Shown piece by piece: positions 1 to 9,312 of a stretch of DNA of 43,086 bases (position 1 is the stretch's first letter; each line of letters starts with the position of its first letter). The notes beneath the pieces are model-generated. The model was not told where the DNA came from and ran no database searches. It was given only the letters and a program-made list of their open reading frames with translations. The position numbers and the translations under genes are program-made. Source of the DNA: a virus (Duplodnaviria > Caudoviricetes). The stretch covers positions 1 through 43,086 of IMG/VR virus record IMGVR_UViG_3300019872_000005; one strand, 5' to 3'.

Positions 1-9
1 CACGGTCTG
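1..9. repeat. Terminal direct repeat CACGGTCTG (1..9 = 43078..43086), circular-assembly overlap
   Basis: Identical 9-mers at both ends; merging them restores the baseplate J reading frame. Confidence 0.85.
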
Positions 10-714
10 AGTAGTGGAATTAATGTTTTCTAAAAACGACATACTCCTAACCCCGGGTACCTCGGTAACCCCCGATACAATCGCCTGAGCTACGGATGCC
101 CCCTGTGTCGCCAAGGTATTTAAGCGGTAAATCCGGGCCTGTAAATCGCTTTGCGTCAGATTGCCGAGGATGGGCAAGGTAGAATTCGTGACACTATCCC
201 AGCCCAAGGTCGGGGTAATAATATTTGTTAAAGACCCCTCGGGGCAAGGAATAGGCCCATTGACTACCGAATTAAATTGAACGCCGACTTGCGCGCCGGA
301 AGCCGGAATAACTACTACTTCAACCGTTACGAATTGATTGCTATCTCCCGTGTCGGTTTCGGAAACTACAGAACCGATAGGAATTGTTGTTCCGGGTGTT
401 CCTTCGATGGTTGCAAATACTACCGAAGGAGTGGCAGCGGTTCGGCCAAAGGGATTAGTGAGAGCCATTATCCCGTCAAGAAAAATACCCCCTGCATAAT
501 TGGGGTTAATCTGATTCGCAAGTTTAGCGTTGTTTTCAGCCACCGCGATGCGGGCTTGTACCTCGGCCTGGATCAACATGCCTTGCGGGGTGTTAGGGGT
601 TACAACTAATTCGGACCCGAACAAAGCCTGATATTCTTCGACTACTTGTTGCTCTATAAATGCAGCATCAACTGTGACTACGCCGGTGTCGGTTATGTAA
701 TTATATACTGGCAT
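1..714 (-). CDS. Baseplate J-like wedge protein, N-terminal part (continues across the circular join into 42043..43077; ~582 aa total)
   Basis: Not in the ORF track. Manual translation from ATG at 714: MPVYNYITDTGVVTVDAAFIEQQVVEEYQALFGSELVVTPNTPQG...NQINPNYAGGIFLD. It reads ...STTQTV|SGVSMVRNSIY in frame through the 9-nt terminal overlap. Lies between the wedge gene and the DUF2612-like gene. Confidence 0.9.
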   Translation of the reverse strand, partial: MPVYNYITDTGVVTVDAAFIEQQVVEEYQALFGSELVVTPNTPQGMLIQAEVQARIAVAENNAKLANQINPNYAGGIFLDGIMALTNPFGRTAATPSVVFATIEGTPGTTIPIGSVVSETDTGDSNQFVTVEVVVIPASGAQVGVQFNSVVNGPIPCPEGSLTNIITPTLGWDSVTNSTLPILGNLTQSDLQARIYRLNTLATQGASVAQAIVSGVTEVPGVRSMSFLENINSTTQTV

Positions 715-1078
715 TCAATTCCCCTATTCCCTCGGTAGTACGTATGATCGCGGAGTAAAACAGCGTATTTTCGTCTTGCGTGAATACTAAAGATACTACC
801 TCAATTACCCCCGCAACATCTAGCCAAGCAGCTCGAAAAGCAGCTTGTGTTTGTTCTAAATTCGGAACGCCGACAAAAACTGTAGTAAAGTAGGGTATGC
901 CGCGGTCTGTATGTAAAACTTCCTCTCCCAGCCGAGTTTTGGCCGCCTGCGCGCAGTTTTCCAATATCGCGTCAATACTTATACTCACGCTGATATTACC
1001 TACCGAGTCCAAATAAATATCATTATCCGCGACCCCCGGGAGGTTATTGTTTACATTACACGATAGAGTTAATGGCAT
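701..1078 (-). CDS. Baseplate wedge / sheath-initiator (gp25/gpW-like) protein
   Basis: 125 aa with a LGE...GIPY motif; lies between the spike and J genes. Confidence 0.75.
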   Translation of the reverse strand: MPLTLSCNVNNNLPGVADNDIYLDSVGNISVSISIDAILENCAQAAKTRLGEEVLHTDRGIPYFTTVFVGVPNLEQTQAAFRAAWLDVAGVIEVVSLVFTQDENTLFYSAIIRTTEGIGELNASI

Positions 1079-1087
1079 TTTGAATTC

Positions 1088-1699
1088 CTATGGTGGTACG
1101 TTGGGGGCAGTCACAACACCAGTTACCGTCAAAGCCCCGTTTATATTCATCACAGTAGTAGGGTTTCCTAAATCTAAATTAATTACCGGCGAAGTTATTG
1201 TGACACCAGTATCGCTAATCGAAATCGTGACTGTTCCCGAATTATTCGATAAAACCGCGTTATTAGCATCGCCTCCGCTTATCGTATTTAAACCTTTCAT
1301 AACGTCCGGGAAAAATATACCATCTGAAAAATTCTTGACCCGGGACGTGTTCGGAGACGTTTGTTTATAACTATTTAAAAAATTTGATATGTCTCTATCA
1401 TTAGCAATTACCCAACCTTGATCACCCGCGTTAAGTGGGAAACTTAAACGAAATCCGCCGCCTCCAAACACAAAGACGGGTATTGCTGCGAGCTGCGGGC
1501 GTGGGTACTGGCTGCCGTCTGTTCCCACGATATTAATTAAAAGTTGTACTTTAACTCGGTTGGTATTTCGGTCGTAGCTAATGACCTGAGCGGGTAACAT
1601 GCCATTAACGTCTTGCATCATTTTACTAAACGCAAAGGTCACGGCTCCGGCAAGCGTTCCGTTATTAGCGGGATTTATCGAGGGGTTATTATTGCTCAT
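1088..1699 (-). CDS. Baseplate central spike (Gp138/gpV-like N-terminal OB fold)
   Basis: LPAQVISYD...IPVFVFGGGGFRLSFPLNAGDQGWVIANDRDIS...FSDGIFFP pattern with a beta-helical C-terminus. Confidence 0.85.
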   Translation of the reverse strand: MSNNNPSINPANNGTLAGAVTFAFSKMMQDVNGMLPAQVISYDRNTNRVKVQLLINIVGTDGSQYPRPQLAAIPVFVFGGGGFRLSFPLNAGDQGWVIANDRDISNFLNSYKQTSPNTSRVKNFSDGIFFPDVMKGLNTISGGDANNAVLSNNSGTVTISISDTGVTITSPVINLDLGNPTTVMNINGALTVTGVVTAPNVPP

Positions 1700-2526
1700 C
1701 GTCTACGCGCCGCCTCTGCAATGTAATAAAAGGGGGTATCCCGCGAAGCGATATCAAATCCCAATTTATAAATAACATATTCGCCATTTGCGGCCGGGTA
1801 TTGAACGCTATTTATCCGAAGGCCTGCGCCCAGCCGAGTTTGGTTATCTAATAACATCTTAACTTTTATGCCTTGCTCTGTAAATTCCGGTATCCCGATC
1901 ATGCCCGTTTCGGCGGACAATACCCGAGTAATACCTGTAAGCGGGATAAACGCATTTTTAACTATTAATACGTCATCATCAATAAAGGCATTAATACCGC
2001 CCATGCTGTTAAGCAATTCGACTTGATTAAGCGCGCCACCACCGAAACTATAATTGGCTACGTTTTTGTTCGTGGCTTGGAAATTTAGAATCGTATTTGT
2101 ATCTTGAGACACGCCGCGACAGATAGCCTCAAGAGTAGCATTGCTCGACTGATTCCGGGTGATAATATTACCCTTTAAAAAATTGCCGGTTAAGCAAGTG
2201 AGGGTTACCCCGATATCGGGCGGCTGTGACACGCTAGATTTAATAATGTTACCGCGATAAATCACCGCAGTACCGTAGGATTCGCGCCCCGCTTCGATAA
2301 TTACCGTTTTAGGTGTTTTGTTCAAGATATACGGCGATGTTTCCGTCAAAATGTAATCTTGGGTCGCGCGGTCGAGATTCATAATCGTAACGGTACAGTC
2401 ATTTTGCAGGGAGTTACCGTACTTCGTGCCTGTTGCACGTATGTGCATAGGTGACGAATAGGTTTTAATTCGCCCGTTGACCTCAATACTCAATTTTACA
2501 ATCCGGGGATCAAGCGACTGCGGCAT
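1696..2526 (-). CDS. Baseplate hub protein
   Basis: 276 aa with IEAG..YG and LSAETGMIGIPE motifs; directly upstream of the spike gene. Confidence 0.8.
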   Translation of the reverse strand: MPQSLDPRIVKLSIEVNGRIKTYSSPMHIRATGTKYGNSLQNDCTVTIMNLDRATQDYILTETSPYILNKTPKTVIIEAGRESYGTAVIYRGNIIKSSVSQPPDIGVTLTCLTGNFLKGNIITRNQSSNATLEAICRGVSQDTNTILNFQATNKNVANYSFGGGALNQVELLNSMGGINAFIDDDVLIVKNAFIPLTGITRVLSAETGMIGIPEFTEQGIKVKMLLDNQTRLGAGLRINSVQYPAANGEYVIYKLGFDIASRDTPFYYIAEAARRR

Positions 2527-2854
2527 AATGTACGCTCACTATGTCGGTAAAACGTATCGCGTTCAATTCCGGTTGCGTTGCGAACGCTAAAAATTGGTCA
2601 AGCCCGAAGCGTCTCCAGTCCGGGTATTCGTCATCGAGGGTTGTTATTAAAAAATTACCATCTTCGAGGTACCGATACGGCAATATAAAATTACCGGGAA
2701 CCGCGCGTTGACCAGTCACAATGACAGTGTTGTCAATGGACACATCTACAGCCATTATATTGCCGCAATCTTTAATCCGTAGGTCATATGTGCTGTTTCC
2801 TATTTGAACGGAAAACGACTGGTTGGGTATCGCTTGCAACGGTATGTTTAACAT
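2510..2854 (-). CDS. Small baseplate (plug-like) protein
   Basis: IPLQAIPNQSFSV N-terminus typical of this baseplate module; synteny. Confidence 0.7.
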   Translation of the reverse strand: MLNIPLQAIPNQSFSVQIGNSTYDLRIKDCGNIMAVDVSIDNTVIVTGQRAVPGNFILPYRYLEDGNFLITTLDDEYPDWRRFGLDQFLAFATQPELNAIRFTDIVSVHYAAVA

Positions 2855-3414
2855 TATCGGCCCCTTAAATATCTTGCGGCATCACCCAATGCGGAAGATT
2901 CGGGGGCGGTCGGCGTAGTTGTTTGTTGTGCCCCACGTTGAACTGTACTTGTGTTTTTTGTGTTTCGGGGGCGTGTCGTATACTGCGCGGTAACAAATTG
3001 TACTTGCTTAAGACTCAATGCCAGAGTGATCGTATTAAACAGGTTCGTGTCTTCCTCGTGGGGCATTGAGTTTATCAGTTGATCGAGATAAATACCGGAG
3101 CGAGTCTGCACTACAAGCAGGGTACCCTCCTGGTAAAATTGACTAATCTGGTCGTAAGTTTCCCGATATGTGGCGGGCGTGAGAATCAAAGACAGTTGTA
3201 CCTCCGTGGGTAATACTATCCGGTGGTCCGTGATTACGGCCCCGCTTTCGACAGGGTGCTCCATAACCTTCGCGCTTTCCTTGACTACGGCTTTTATCGC
3301 GCGAGCGCCTCGGAACACTTGGGTAAAATCTTGCGTATAAACTGCAACGGTATCTTGCCCTACAAAGGACGAAATGACCGATGTTGCGAGATTTGATATT
3401 TCTGCGAAGGCCAT
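2854..3414 (-). CDS. Tail tube initiator / Dit-like baseplate protein
   Basis: HPVESGAVITDH motif; immediately downstream of the tape measure gene. Confidence 0.8.
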   Translation of the reverse strand: MAFAEISNLATSVISSFVGQDTVAVYTQDFTQVFRGARAIKAVVKESAKVMEHPVESGAVITDHRIVLPTEVQLSLILTPATYRETYDQISQFYQEGTLLVVQTRSGIYLDQLINSMPHEEDTNLFNTITLALSLKQVQFVTAQYTTRPRNTKNTSTVQRGAQQTTTPTAPESSALGDAARYLRGR

Positions 3415-4601
3415 CAGCTATGTACCCCATTATCCACGTGACTGTTTAATTGACTGAGTTGCTGTTGCAAGCTTCCTTTAACCGCAGCCGCAACTCCGTC
3501 CGCATCCGTGGCCGCGGTGTTAACATTTACGTTGTCTATATTAACCTCGGTTCTCTGTTCTGTGCCACCCCCGCCAATGCCAAAAGCTTGACCCACGGCA
3601 CCAAAAACTTGGCCCGGTATACTTAACAAAAAATTACCCGTACTTTGGGCCGCATAATTTTTAAGTCCTTGGTCGAGCGTGGTAGGGTTAGGCACAAATC
3701 CAAGGGCCTGACCTATGGCTGAATCTTTACCTTCTTCGAAATACTTAATGTCTTCTTTAAGTAACCCGTACCCCGCTGCTAGTGTCGTAATCGCCGCAGC
3801 GGCTTTTGTTATCGGTCCGCCCAAGCTCACTAAAGCAATTGTTAATGCGGTAACCCCGAGAGCCATCGCTCTAAATGAATCTTCTACCACGTCTTTATGT
3901 TCGATAAAATAATTAATTCCGGCGGTTATACCCGGCAGTAAGGGCAACGCAAGCTCGCGATAAAAAGTTTGATACGCGCGGGAAGCATCATAAAGCGCAT
4001 TATCAAACTTACGCGTAATTTCGGTTTGCTCTTTTGTGACTAGGCCGAGCCGTTGTTGTTGCGTTACTACAGCTTCAACTTCTCTACGACCCTGTTGTAA
4101 TAACAAGATAGTCGATAAGTCAAGACCCAACGATTTACCATACAGTTGCGCTTGTCGGGGGTTTAGCTTTGAAAATAAATCGGCGAGTCGGGGTAAAACT
4201 CGTAAAGCTACTTCGCCGGTGGTGCCGAAATGATCGGCAAGACTTTTAAGGGAACCTTGGAATTGTTGGGCACTTCCGCCCATCCTCTGTACCGCATGGC
4301 CCCACGCATCAAGCGCGGTAACGTCTACATTCAATTCACGTGAGGCGGCACCCACATCCCGAATAGCTTGTATTGCGCCATTCGCGCCGGATAGTAAGGC
4401 TTTAAAACCTACATAGCCGGCAAACATCTGGGCAGTGCCTCTAATAACAGAACGAAAAGACTCGGCCACTTTATCGCCGGCTTTACTTAAATCTTGAAAA
4501 CCTTCTTCGAGTTTTTGAATTTGCGATTGGAGCTGTTCAACCCCTTTTTTAACTTCATCGGTTTGCAGCTTTACTTCAATATAAAGAGTTTCTAAATTCA
4601 T
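3414..4601 (-). CDS. Tape measure protein (short, 395 aa)
   Basis: Helical Ala/Gly-rich sequence with an N-terminal coiled coil and a hydrophobic segment; follows the tail chaperone genes. Confidence 0.8.
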   Translation of the reverse strand: MNLETLYIEVKLQTDEVKKGVEQLQSQIQKLEEGFQDLSKAGDKVAESFRSVIRGTAQMFAGYVGFKALLSGANGAIQAIRDVGAASRELNVDVTALDAWGHAVQRMGGSAQQFQGSLKSLADHFGTTGEVALRVLPRLADLFSKLNPRQAQLYGKSLGLDLSTILLLQQGRREVEAVVTQQQRLGLVTKEQTEITRKFDNALYDASRAYQTFYRELALPLLPGITAGINYFIEHKDVVEDSFRAMALGVTALTIALVSLGGPITKAAAAITTLAAGYGLLKEDIKYFEEGKDSAIGQALGFVPNPTTLDQGLKNYAAQSTGNFLLSIPGQVFGAVGQAFGIGGGGTEQRTEVNIDNVNVNTAATDADGVAAAVKGSLQQQLSQLNSHVDNGVHS

Positions 4602-4837
4602 GCTGCCGCCTTTTTGCTATTTTCAATAGCCACAAATTCATTATATTTGCAAACCGCGATAATTTCCCAAAGGGTATACGCATCCTCGATAGTATAAATC
4701 GTTTTTAATTCGTGAAGTGTAGCTTTACCGTTAGAGATAATAGCCGCCAAGAGGGAGTTGACATTTTTGAAATCTACCGCCAGTACCTCTTGGTTACGCC
4801 ACTTTGGGAACCTTAAAGATTCCCATTTTCTAAAAAA
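4598..4837 (-). CDS. -1 frameshift extension of the tail assembly chaperone (G-T type)
   Basis: Open -1 frame RKWESLRFPKWRNQEVLAVDFKNVNSLLAAIISNGKATLHELKTIYTIEDAYTLWEII...KKAAA*. Its stop overlaps the tape measure ATG (ATGA). Not in the ORF track. Confidence 0.8.
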   Translation of the reverse strand, partial: FFRKWESLRFPKWRNQEVLAVDFKNVNSLLAAIISNGKATLHELKTIYTIEDAYTLWEIIAVCKYNEFVAIENSKKAAA

Positions 4838-5130
4838 CCGTCGTTATACTCCATCACCGCTCTGAACAGTGCCAGCATTTGTTTCCAACCTTTAACGTGA
4901 TTATTAATCAAATCTTGAGTTGTTAAAAATAGAGGAGAACCGCCTTGAGGCATCGGTACGGCTATGTATGTAAATACTTCGGCCCATACTTCCCCGCTGG
5001 ATTGTAAATTTTCTTGGGTGAAAGCCATTGCTTGGGGAATACGCCCTACTAGCAAAATACCCTGCCAAGCGGGAAATTTATGGATTAAATATTTTTTACC
5101 GTCAATGTCTATCTCTTTGGGTTCTAACAT
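4813..5130 (-). CDS. Tail assembly chaperone
   Basis: 105 aa (MLEPKEIDIDGKKYLIHKFPA...) between tube and tape measure, ending near a slippery site. Confidence 0.8.
   Translation of the reverse strand: MLEPKEIDIDGKKYLIHKFPAWQGILLVGRIPQAMAFTQENLQSSGEVWAEVFTYIAVPMPQGGSPLFLTTQDLINNHVKGWKQMLALFRAVMEYNDGFLENGNL
4831..4837 (-). other. Programmed -1 frameshift slippery heptamer T TTT TTA
   Basis: GAC GGT TTT TTA GAA in the chaperone frame, X XXY YYZ in the correct phase, five codons before the stop. Confidence 0.8.
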
Positions 5131-5707
5131 TATCTTTTTGCCTCTTAATAAATTCGTCCATTGTCATGCTGCTTTTTCTACAATTACAAGATACACAAAG
5201 TAGCTGTAAATTGGTAGGCCAATTGCTGCCGCCTTTAGATAGGGGGAATATATGATCTACATGATACCCTTTCGAGATATCGGTGGTACAAAAATTACAT
5301 TGTCCTTGCTGCTTTTCATAAAGCTTTTGAATATCTTTTATAGTATGGGAACCTTCGGCGTTTTTCTTTCGGGTTATCCTATTCAGACAACCCGCCCTCA
5401 TGTACCCTTTTACTTTTTCTTTATTATCGGCTTGCCAATTCTTTATATTTTTGGTTATACGCTCTTTGTTTTTATCATACTTTCGGGCTTGGTTCGCCTT
5501 AACTTTTTCTTTATTCCCTAAAGCGTATTGTTTAACCTTTTCTTTTATCTTTTCCGTGTTTCTTAAATAATGGTCTTTTTGTCCGGCCTTAACTTTTTCT
5601 AAGTTATTCCTACGATACTCCCGCATATATTCTTTATTACATTCGGGACATCGATAACTTTTACTTTTAGAATAAAACTCTTTTTTACATACGGAGCAAA
5701 AAATCAT
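5102..5707 (-). CDS. Free-standing HNH homing endonuclease
   Basis: N-terminal CxxC/CxxC, lysine-rich helical repeats, C-terminal CNFC...HVDHIFPLSKGGSNWPTNLQLLCVSCNCRK; AT-rich insertion between the tube and chaperone genes. Confidence 0.92.
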   Translation of the reverse strand: MIFCSVCKKEFYSKSKSYRCPECNKEYMREYRRNNLEKVKAGQKDHYLRNTEKIKEKVKQYALGNKEKVKANQARKYDKNKERITKNIKNWQADNKEKVKGYMRAGCLNRITRKKNAEGSHTIKDIQKLYEKQQGQCNFCTTDISKGYHVDHIFPLSKGGSNWPTNLQLLCVSCNCRKSSMTMDEFIKRQKDNVRTQRDRH

Positions 5708-5740
5708 AATGGGCTTTAAAAATATAAAAACCTATTATAA

Positions 5741-5784
5741 CTATTCTCAAACGTAAATCAAGCGCCGATCCTATTCTCAAACGT
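5741..5784. repeat. 14-bp direct repeat CTATTCTCAAACGT at the tube-gene 3' end / HNH insertion boundary
   Basis: Copies at 5741..5754 and 5771..5784. Confidence 0.8.
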
Positions 5785-6201
5785 GAACGCGTAGGTCTTA
5801 CTTTTTAAACGACCGCTAGAAGCCACCGCGCTGAAGGGCGCACCGTCTGTAATTGCGCCATTAATCAATTGGATGAAATTACCCTGTTTATATGTAATGT
5901 TCGCGGTGATTATATCGATCGGCAATATCTTACCGCGGCCGGGACGATTGACTTCAAGCAACACCGCGAGGTTTGCATCATCTTGCGACCCCGCAATCAC
6001 GCTTAAATTTACCTTAATCGGGTTGGCTTTTGACCAGACGATTAAATCGCCATTAAGGCCCATGGCGGAATCCCCAACCTGTAAGCTGGGAACATCAAGG
6101 CCATCGGCATCATCCGCGTATTGCGTGATTATAATCCCCTGCGGGAAGGTGGTCGAAGCGATCAACCTAAGCTCTAACCCAAAACCTGAAATATCTTGCA
6201 T
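5758..6201 (-). CDS. Tail tube protein
   Basis: 147 aa (MQDISGFG...FPQG..ITQYADDAD...MGLNGDLIVW) directly after the sheath gene. Confidence 0.8.
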   Translation of the reverse strand: MQDISGFGLELRLIASTTFPQGIIITQYADDADGLDVPSLQVGDSAMGLNGDLIVWSKANPIKVNLSVIAGSQDDANLAVLLEVNRPGRGKILPIDIITANITYKQGNFIQLINGAITDGAPFSAVASSGRLKSKTYAFTFENRIGA

Positions 6202-6214
6202 TTTTCGCTCCTGA

Positions 6215-8389
6215 TTAGATTAAGATATCCTGGCCGTCGACCAAGCGGATAACATCGTCTTTGCTATAGATTAGAGTGTATGCCGCACTATAAACGCCCG
6301 CGGTATTTACAATCACACAATCTACCCAATACCCGATGGACTGGACTTGGTACCATGCGTTTGGGTCATTTGTTTGAGCGGTAATAAACATTTGTTGCGA
6401 AAGTGATAACGTTTTATTAACGCTGATTGTTCCGTTCGTCAATGCGGTATTAATTACGGACTGCAAGCCCGCCAGGATTTGAGCGCGCCCTTGAGCATTC
6501 GCCGGTATTTGGCTGGAACTCAAAAACATGTTAAGAATTTGAGTTGTGATAGCGTCTTTCAGCCAAATTTCGTTAACATATGTTGTCATGTCCAGCGGGC
6601 TGGGTGACGCGCCTTGCAGCACCCCGACTTGATAGAAATTAAGCGGGATACCGGCTTGTTGCGTATTTCCGTAGTAATTTACCGAAACATCATCGTACTG
6701 GATTTTTGCGGTATCGGTAGTTACGGAGGGCGTTAATCCGGCAAACGGGCCTTGGAACATATAATTTTGTACAGAGTTAATCGCGTAATAATCAGTCGCG
6801 GCTTCAATCATCATCGGAATTTGTTCGGGGAATTGATTGAACATGAACTGAATCGCTTCAGAACCCGAGGATGTTGCGGCGCTAGAGATAGTAACGTCTG
6901 TGCTGGGAGCCGCGGCTATAACAATAATCACACTGTTAACCGGGATTCCTGTGCCGACAACCGGCATACCTACCGACAGGGCTTCCGTGCTTGGCAGCCC
7001 CGTAATCACCGCAGAGCTGGAAGTAATCGTACCCGTTAGAAAGATACCCAAACCCGATAAAGTTAATCCCGTACCCCCGATAGCGCTTAGCCCGGCTGTC
7101 CACGCGAGATAATTGGTAGAAGTAACCGGGGCACAAAACAGATACATGTTATTTTCGGTTTGGTTCCAAGTCGCCGCAAGGACGGCATCTGCTAAACTTA
7201 AATTCAAATTGTTCAAAAACAAGAAAGAACCAAAGTTATTAGAAATTGAGGCTGAGGTCGTTAAACATTCGGTTACCGTTTCAGCCGTTGCACCGTTAGA
7301 GACGATAGAACCCGCAACGTACACCCCGTTTGTAAATGTAGCCCGAGGCAACCAGCCCAAGAGCGGTGAAGGCGTTAAATCGGTACCGCCCAAGTTGCCT
7401 TGCAATTCAATCGCATAATCCCCGGTCGCGCCACCCGTAAAAGTAAACCTACCGCCGGAAAAAGTTACCGAAGACCCCGCGAAAACTGTATTAGTCGGTG
7501 TGAAAAATTCAATCGGGGTAGTCGCCGCAAGGAACGTCAGAGTCTGACTACCCGTTGCAGTCGCAGCTATAGACAACTCGATAGTTGTACTATCGGTAAT
7601 AGATGCAATCGTAGTGCTGCCCGCAATCCCCGTACCTGTGACTTTCATACCTACAGTAAGAAGTGAGGTATCTTGCAATCCGGTAACCTCGGTATCTGTT
7701 GAAGTCAGAACACCTGTTTGCTGCGCACCTTGAGCCGCTTGAGATAAAACAATACTCGTACCGTTGGTAATCGTTGCAATCGTTGTGCCGAGCGGTATAC
7801 CCACCCCGATAACGTGCATGCCAACCACCAGACTAGCGGTACTACTCAACCCGGTTACGGCGGTAGACGCATTATTCAAGGCCCCGGTGAGATTTACAAT
7901 AAAATCGGACTGTACGGCCTCGGTTAAGATGTTGGCAACGTCAGTCATATCCACGGCACTAACAAAACTAATGCCGGTAAATGTTCCGATAACCGGATTC
8001 ACGGGTACACCATTCACAATGGGTGAAATGGTTATCCCAAATGAACCGTTAGTGATTGCAGCCCAAGTCGCCAAAATGCTGTTATTACCTGCAACAGATT
8101 CGATCATCGGGGCCACGTCCGCCGTAGTCCAACGCGCGAATTGAATCGCGCCCGGTTGAACCAGAGTTTTACTCACAAATGAAAAGTAAAAAATCGCTCG
8201 CTGTGCTTCCTCGGAGGACGCACCGAAAAACGAAACAACTTGCGCGGCCGAGCTGAATTGTACAAAAGTATCAGGGGGCACAAGAGTACTGCCCGTAAAA
8301 AAACGACCGATTAAGTCTCTAGTGGGAACATTCGCCGAAGCCCCTACGCCGGAGACGATATTTACATAATTTTGGGGAGAGATACTCAT
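6215..8389 (-). CDS. Tail sheath protein (DUF3383 family) with three inserted beta-domains
   Basis: MSISPQNYVNIVSGVG N-terminus; NYYGNTQ...YVNEIWLKD...YSKDDVIRLVDG C-terminus; 724 aa. Confidence 0.88.
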   Translation of the reverse strand: MSISPQNYVNIVSGVGASANVPTRDLIGRFFTGSTLVPPDTFVQFSSAAQVVSFFGASSEEAQRAIFYFSFVSKTLVQPGAIQFARWTTADVAPMIESVAGNNSILATWAAITNGSFGITISPIVNGVPVNPVIGTFTGISFVSAVDMTDVANILTEAVQSDFIVNLTGALNNASTAVTGLSSTASLVVGMHVIGVGIPLGTTIATITNGTSIVLSQAAQGAQQTGVLTSTDTEVTGLQDTSLLTVGMKVTGTGIAGSTTIASITDSTTIELSIAATATGSQTLTFLAATTPIEFFTPTNTVFAGSSVTFSGGRFTFTGGATGDYAIELQGNLGGTDLTPSPLLGWLPRATFTNGVYVAGSIVSNGATAETVTECLTTSASISNNFGSFLFLNNLNLSLADAVLAATWNQTENNMYLFCAPVTSTNYLAWTAGLSAIGGTGLTLSGLGIFLTGTITSSSAVITGLPSTEALSVGMPVVGTGIPVNSVIIVIAAAPSTDVTISSAATSSGSEAIQFMFNQFPEQIPMMIEAATDYYAINSVQNYMFQGPFAGLTPSVTTDTAKIQYDDVSVNYYGNTQQAGIPLNFYQVGVLQGASPSPLDMTTYVNEIWLKDAITTQILNMFLSSSQIPANAQGRAQILAGLQSVINTALTNGTISVNKTLSLSQQMFITAQTNDPNAWYQVQSIGYWVDCVIVNTAGVYSAAYTLIYSKDDVIRLVDGQDILI

Positions 8390-8392
8390 TTA

Positions 8393-8944
8393 TTATACTC
8401 CGTGTATGTTCTGGGAAATTGGCGGTGTAATCAATGGACTCATTGTAACCCGTTCGTTTAAATATACTAGCACAAAATCAAAGGAGGGGGATGCCTCAAA
8501 ATTATCTCGGTCATCTAAAAAATAAGGATTCGTGATATCGCTAATTCTTAATATCCCAACGCCCGCATTATTTAACGTAGTTAAAGTGCTGCTACTTTGC
8601 ATAATGCTTGCGACTTCATTCACAATATCTGAGGCTGTCGGTATCGTTAAGTTTGCAGGGTTTTGCAGGGACAATGCCGATACCTGAAACGATGTTTCGT
8701 AATACTGACTCTCTACATGATCGAACTGAGAAGTTAACGTGTTCCATCGGTCTTCACGCCGCAGAAACCCAAAACGTTTATTAAAAACTTTTGTAAAAAA
8801 TACCATCGGAGCGGTGGGGATGCCTTGCTGTCTGGGTTGATTTGATTGCCTAACTACTGTCGTTGTAAAACCATTGGCGATTAACCCCGTTTGGATAATC
8901 GGCAGGAACAATTGAATCAAAGAATTATCTGTATAATTCGGCAT
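8393..8944 (-). CDS. Tail terminator / neck protein
   Basis: QSNQPRQQG, YETSFQVSAL and PSFDF motifs; start taken at MPNYTD (TAATG overlap with the upstream gene). Confidence 0.7.
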   Translation of the reverse strand: MPNYTDNSLIQLFLPIIQTGLIANGFTTTVVRQSNQPRQQGIPTAPMVFFTKVFNKRFGFLRREDRWNTLTSQFDHVESQYYETSFQVSALSLQNPANLTIPTASDIVNEVASIMQSSSTLTTLNNAGVGILRISDITNPYFLDDRDNFEASPSFDFVLVYLNERVTMSPLITPPISQNIHGV

Positions 8945-9312
8945 TATGCGGCCCCTATGGCTACAACTAAAATACCTTTCCAACCGTCTTGCGCGTACCA
9001 GTCGTTATTTGACTCAACTTGGTATCTTAAGCCGTTATATACGAGTTGATCCCCAGAGACATCACGTTGTATGTCTATTACATTATTCGGACTATAAAAC
9101 GTTGAATAGTTTTTTTGTAAATTCAGACCGTACAAATAATACTCTTTACGGGGTACCGCTTGAAAACTACCTTCAATCGTAATCGGTGCGGCATACGTTG
9201 CAACATCTTGCCCCACGGAGTTCACGGCCCTAGAAACGAATCGATAATACGTAACGGACTGCTTGGCAATCAAGGTTAGGCACATATTTAATATGTTTTG
9301 GCCGGGTATCAT
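8944..9312 (-). CDS. Head closure / head-tail joining protein
   Basis: MIPGQNIL...GSFQAVP...GDQL...WYAQDGW; neck position. Confidence 0.7.
   Translation of the reverse strand: MIPGQNILNMCLTLIAKQSVTYYRFVSRAVNSVGQDVATYAAPITIEGSFQAVPRKEYYLYGLNLQKNYSTFYSPNNVIDIQRDVSGDQLVYNGLRYQVESNNDWYAQDGWKGILVVAIGAA

Noticed and set aside
277-609. Plus-strand 110-aa ORF and the many other plus-strand ORFs over the structural genes
   Set aside because: Antisense shadows of well-supported minus-strand genes, with no recognisable motifs.
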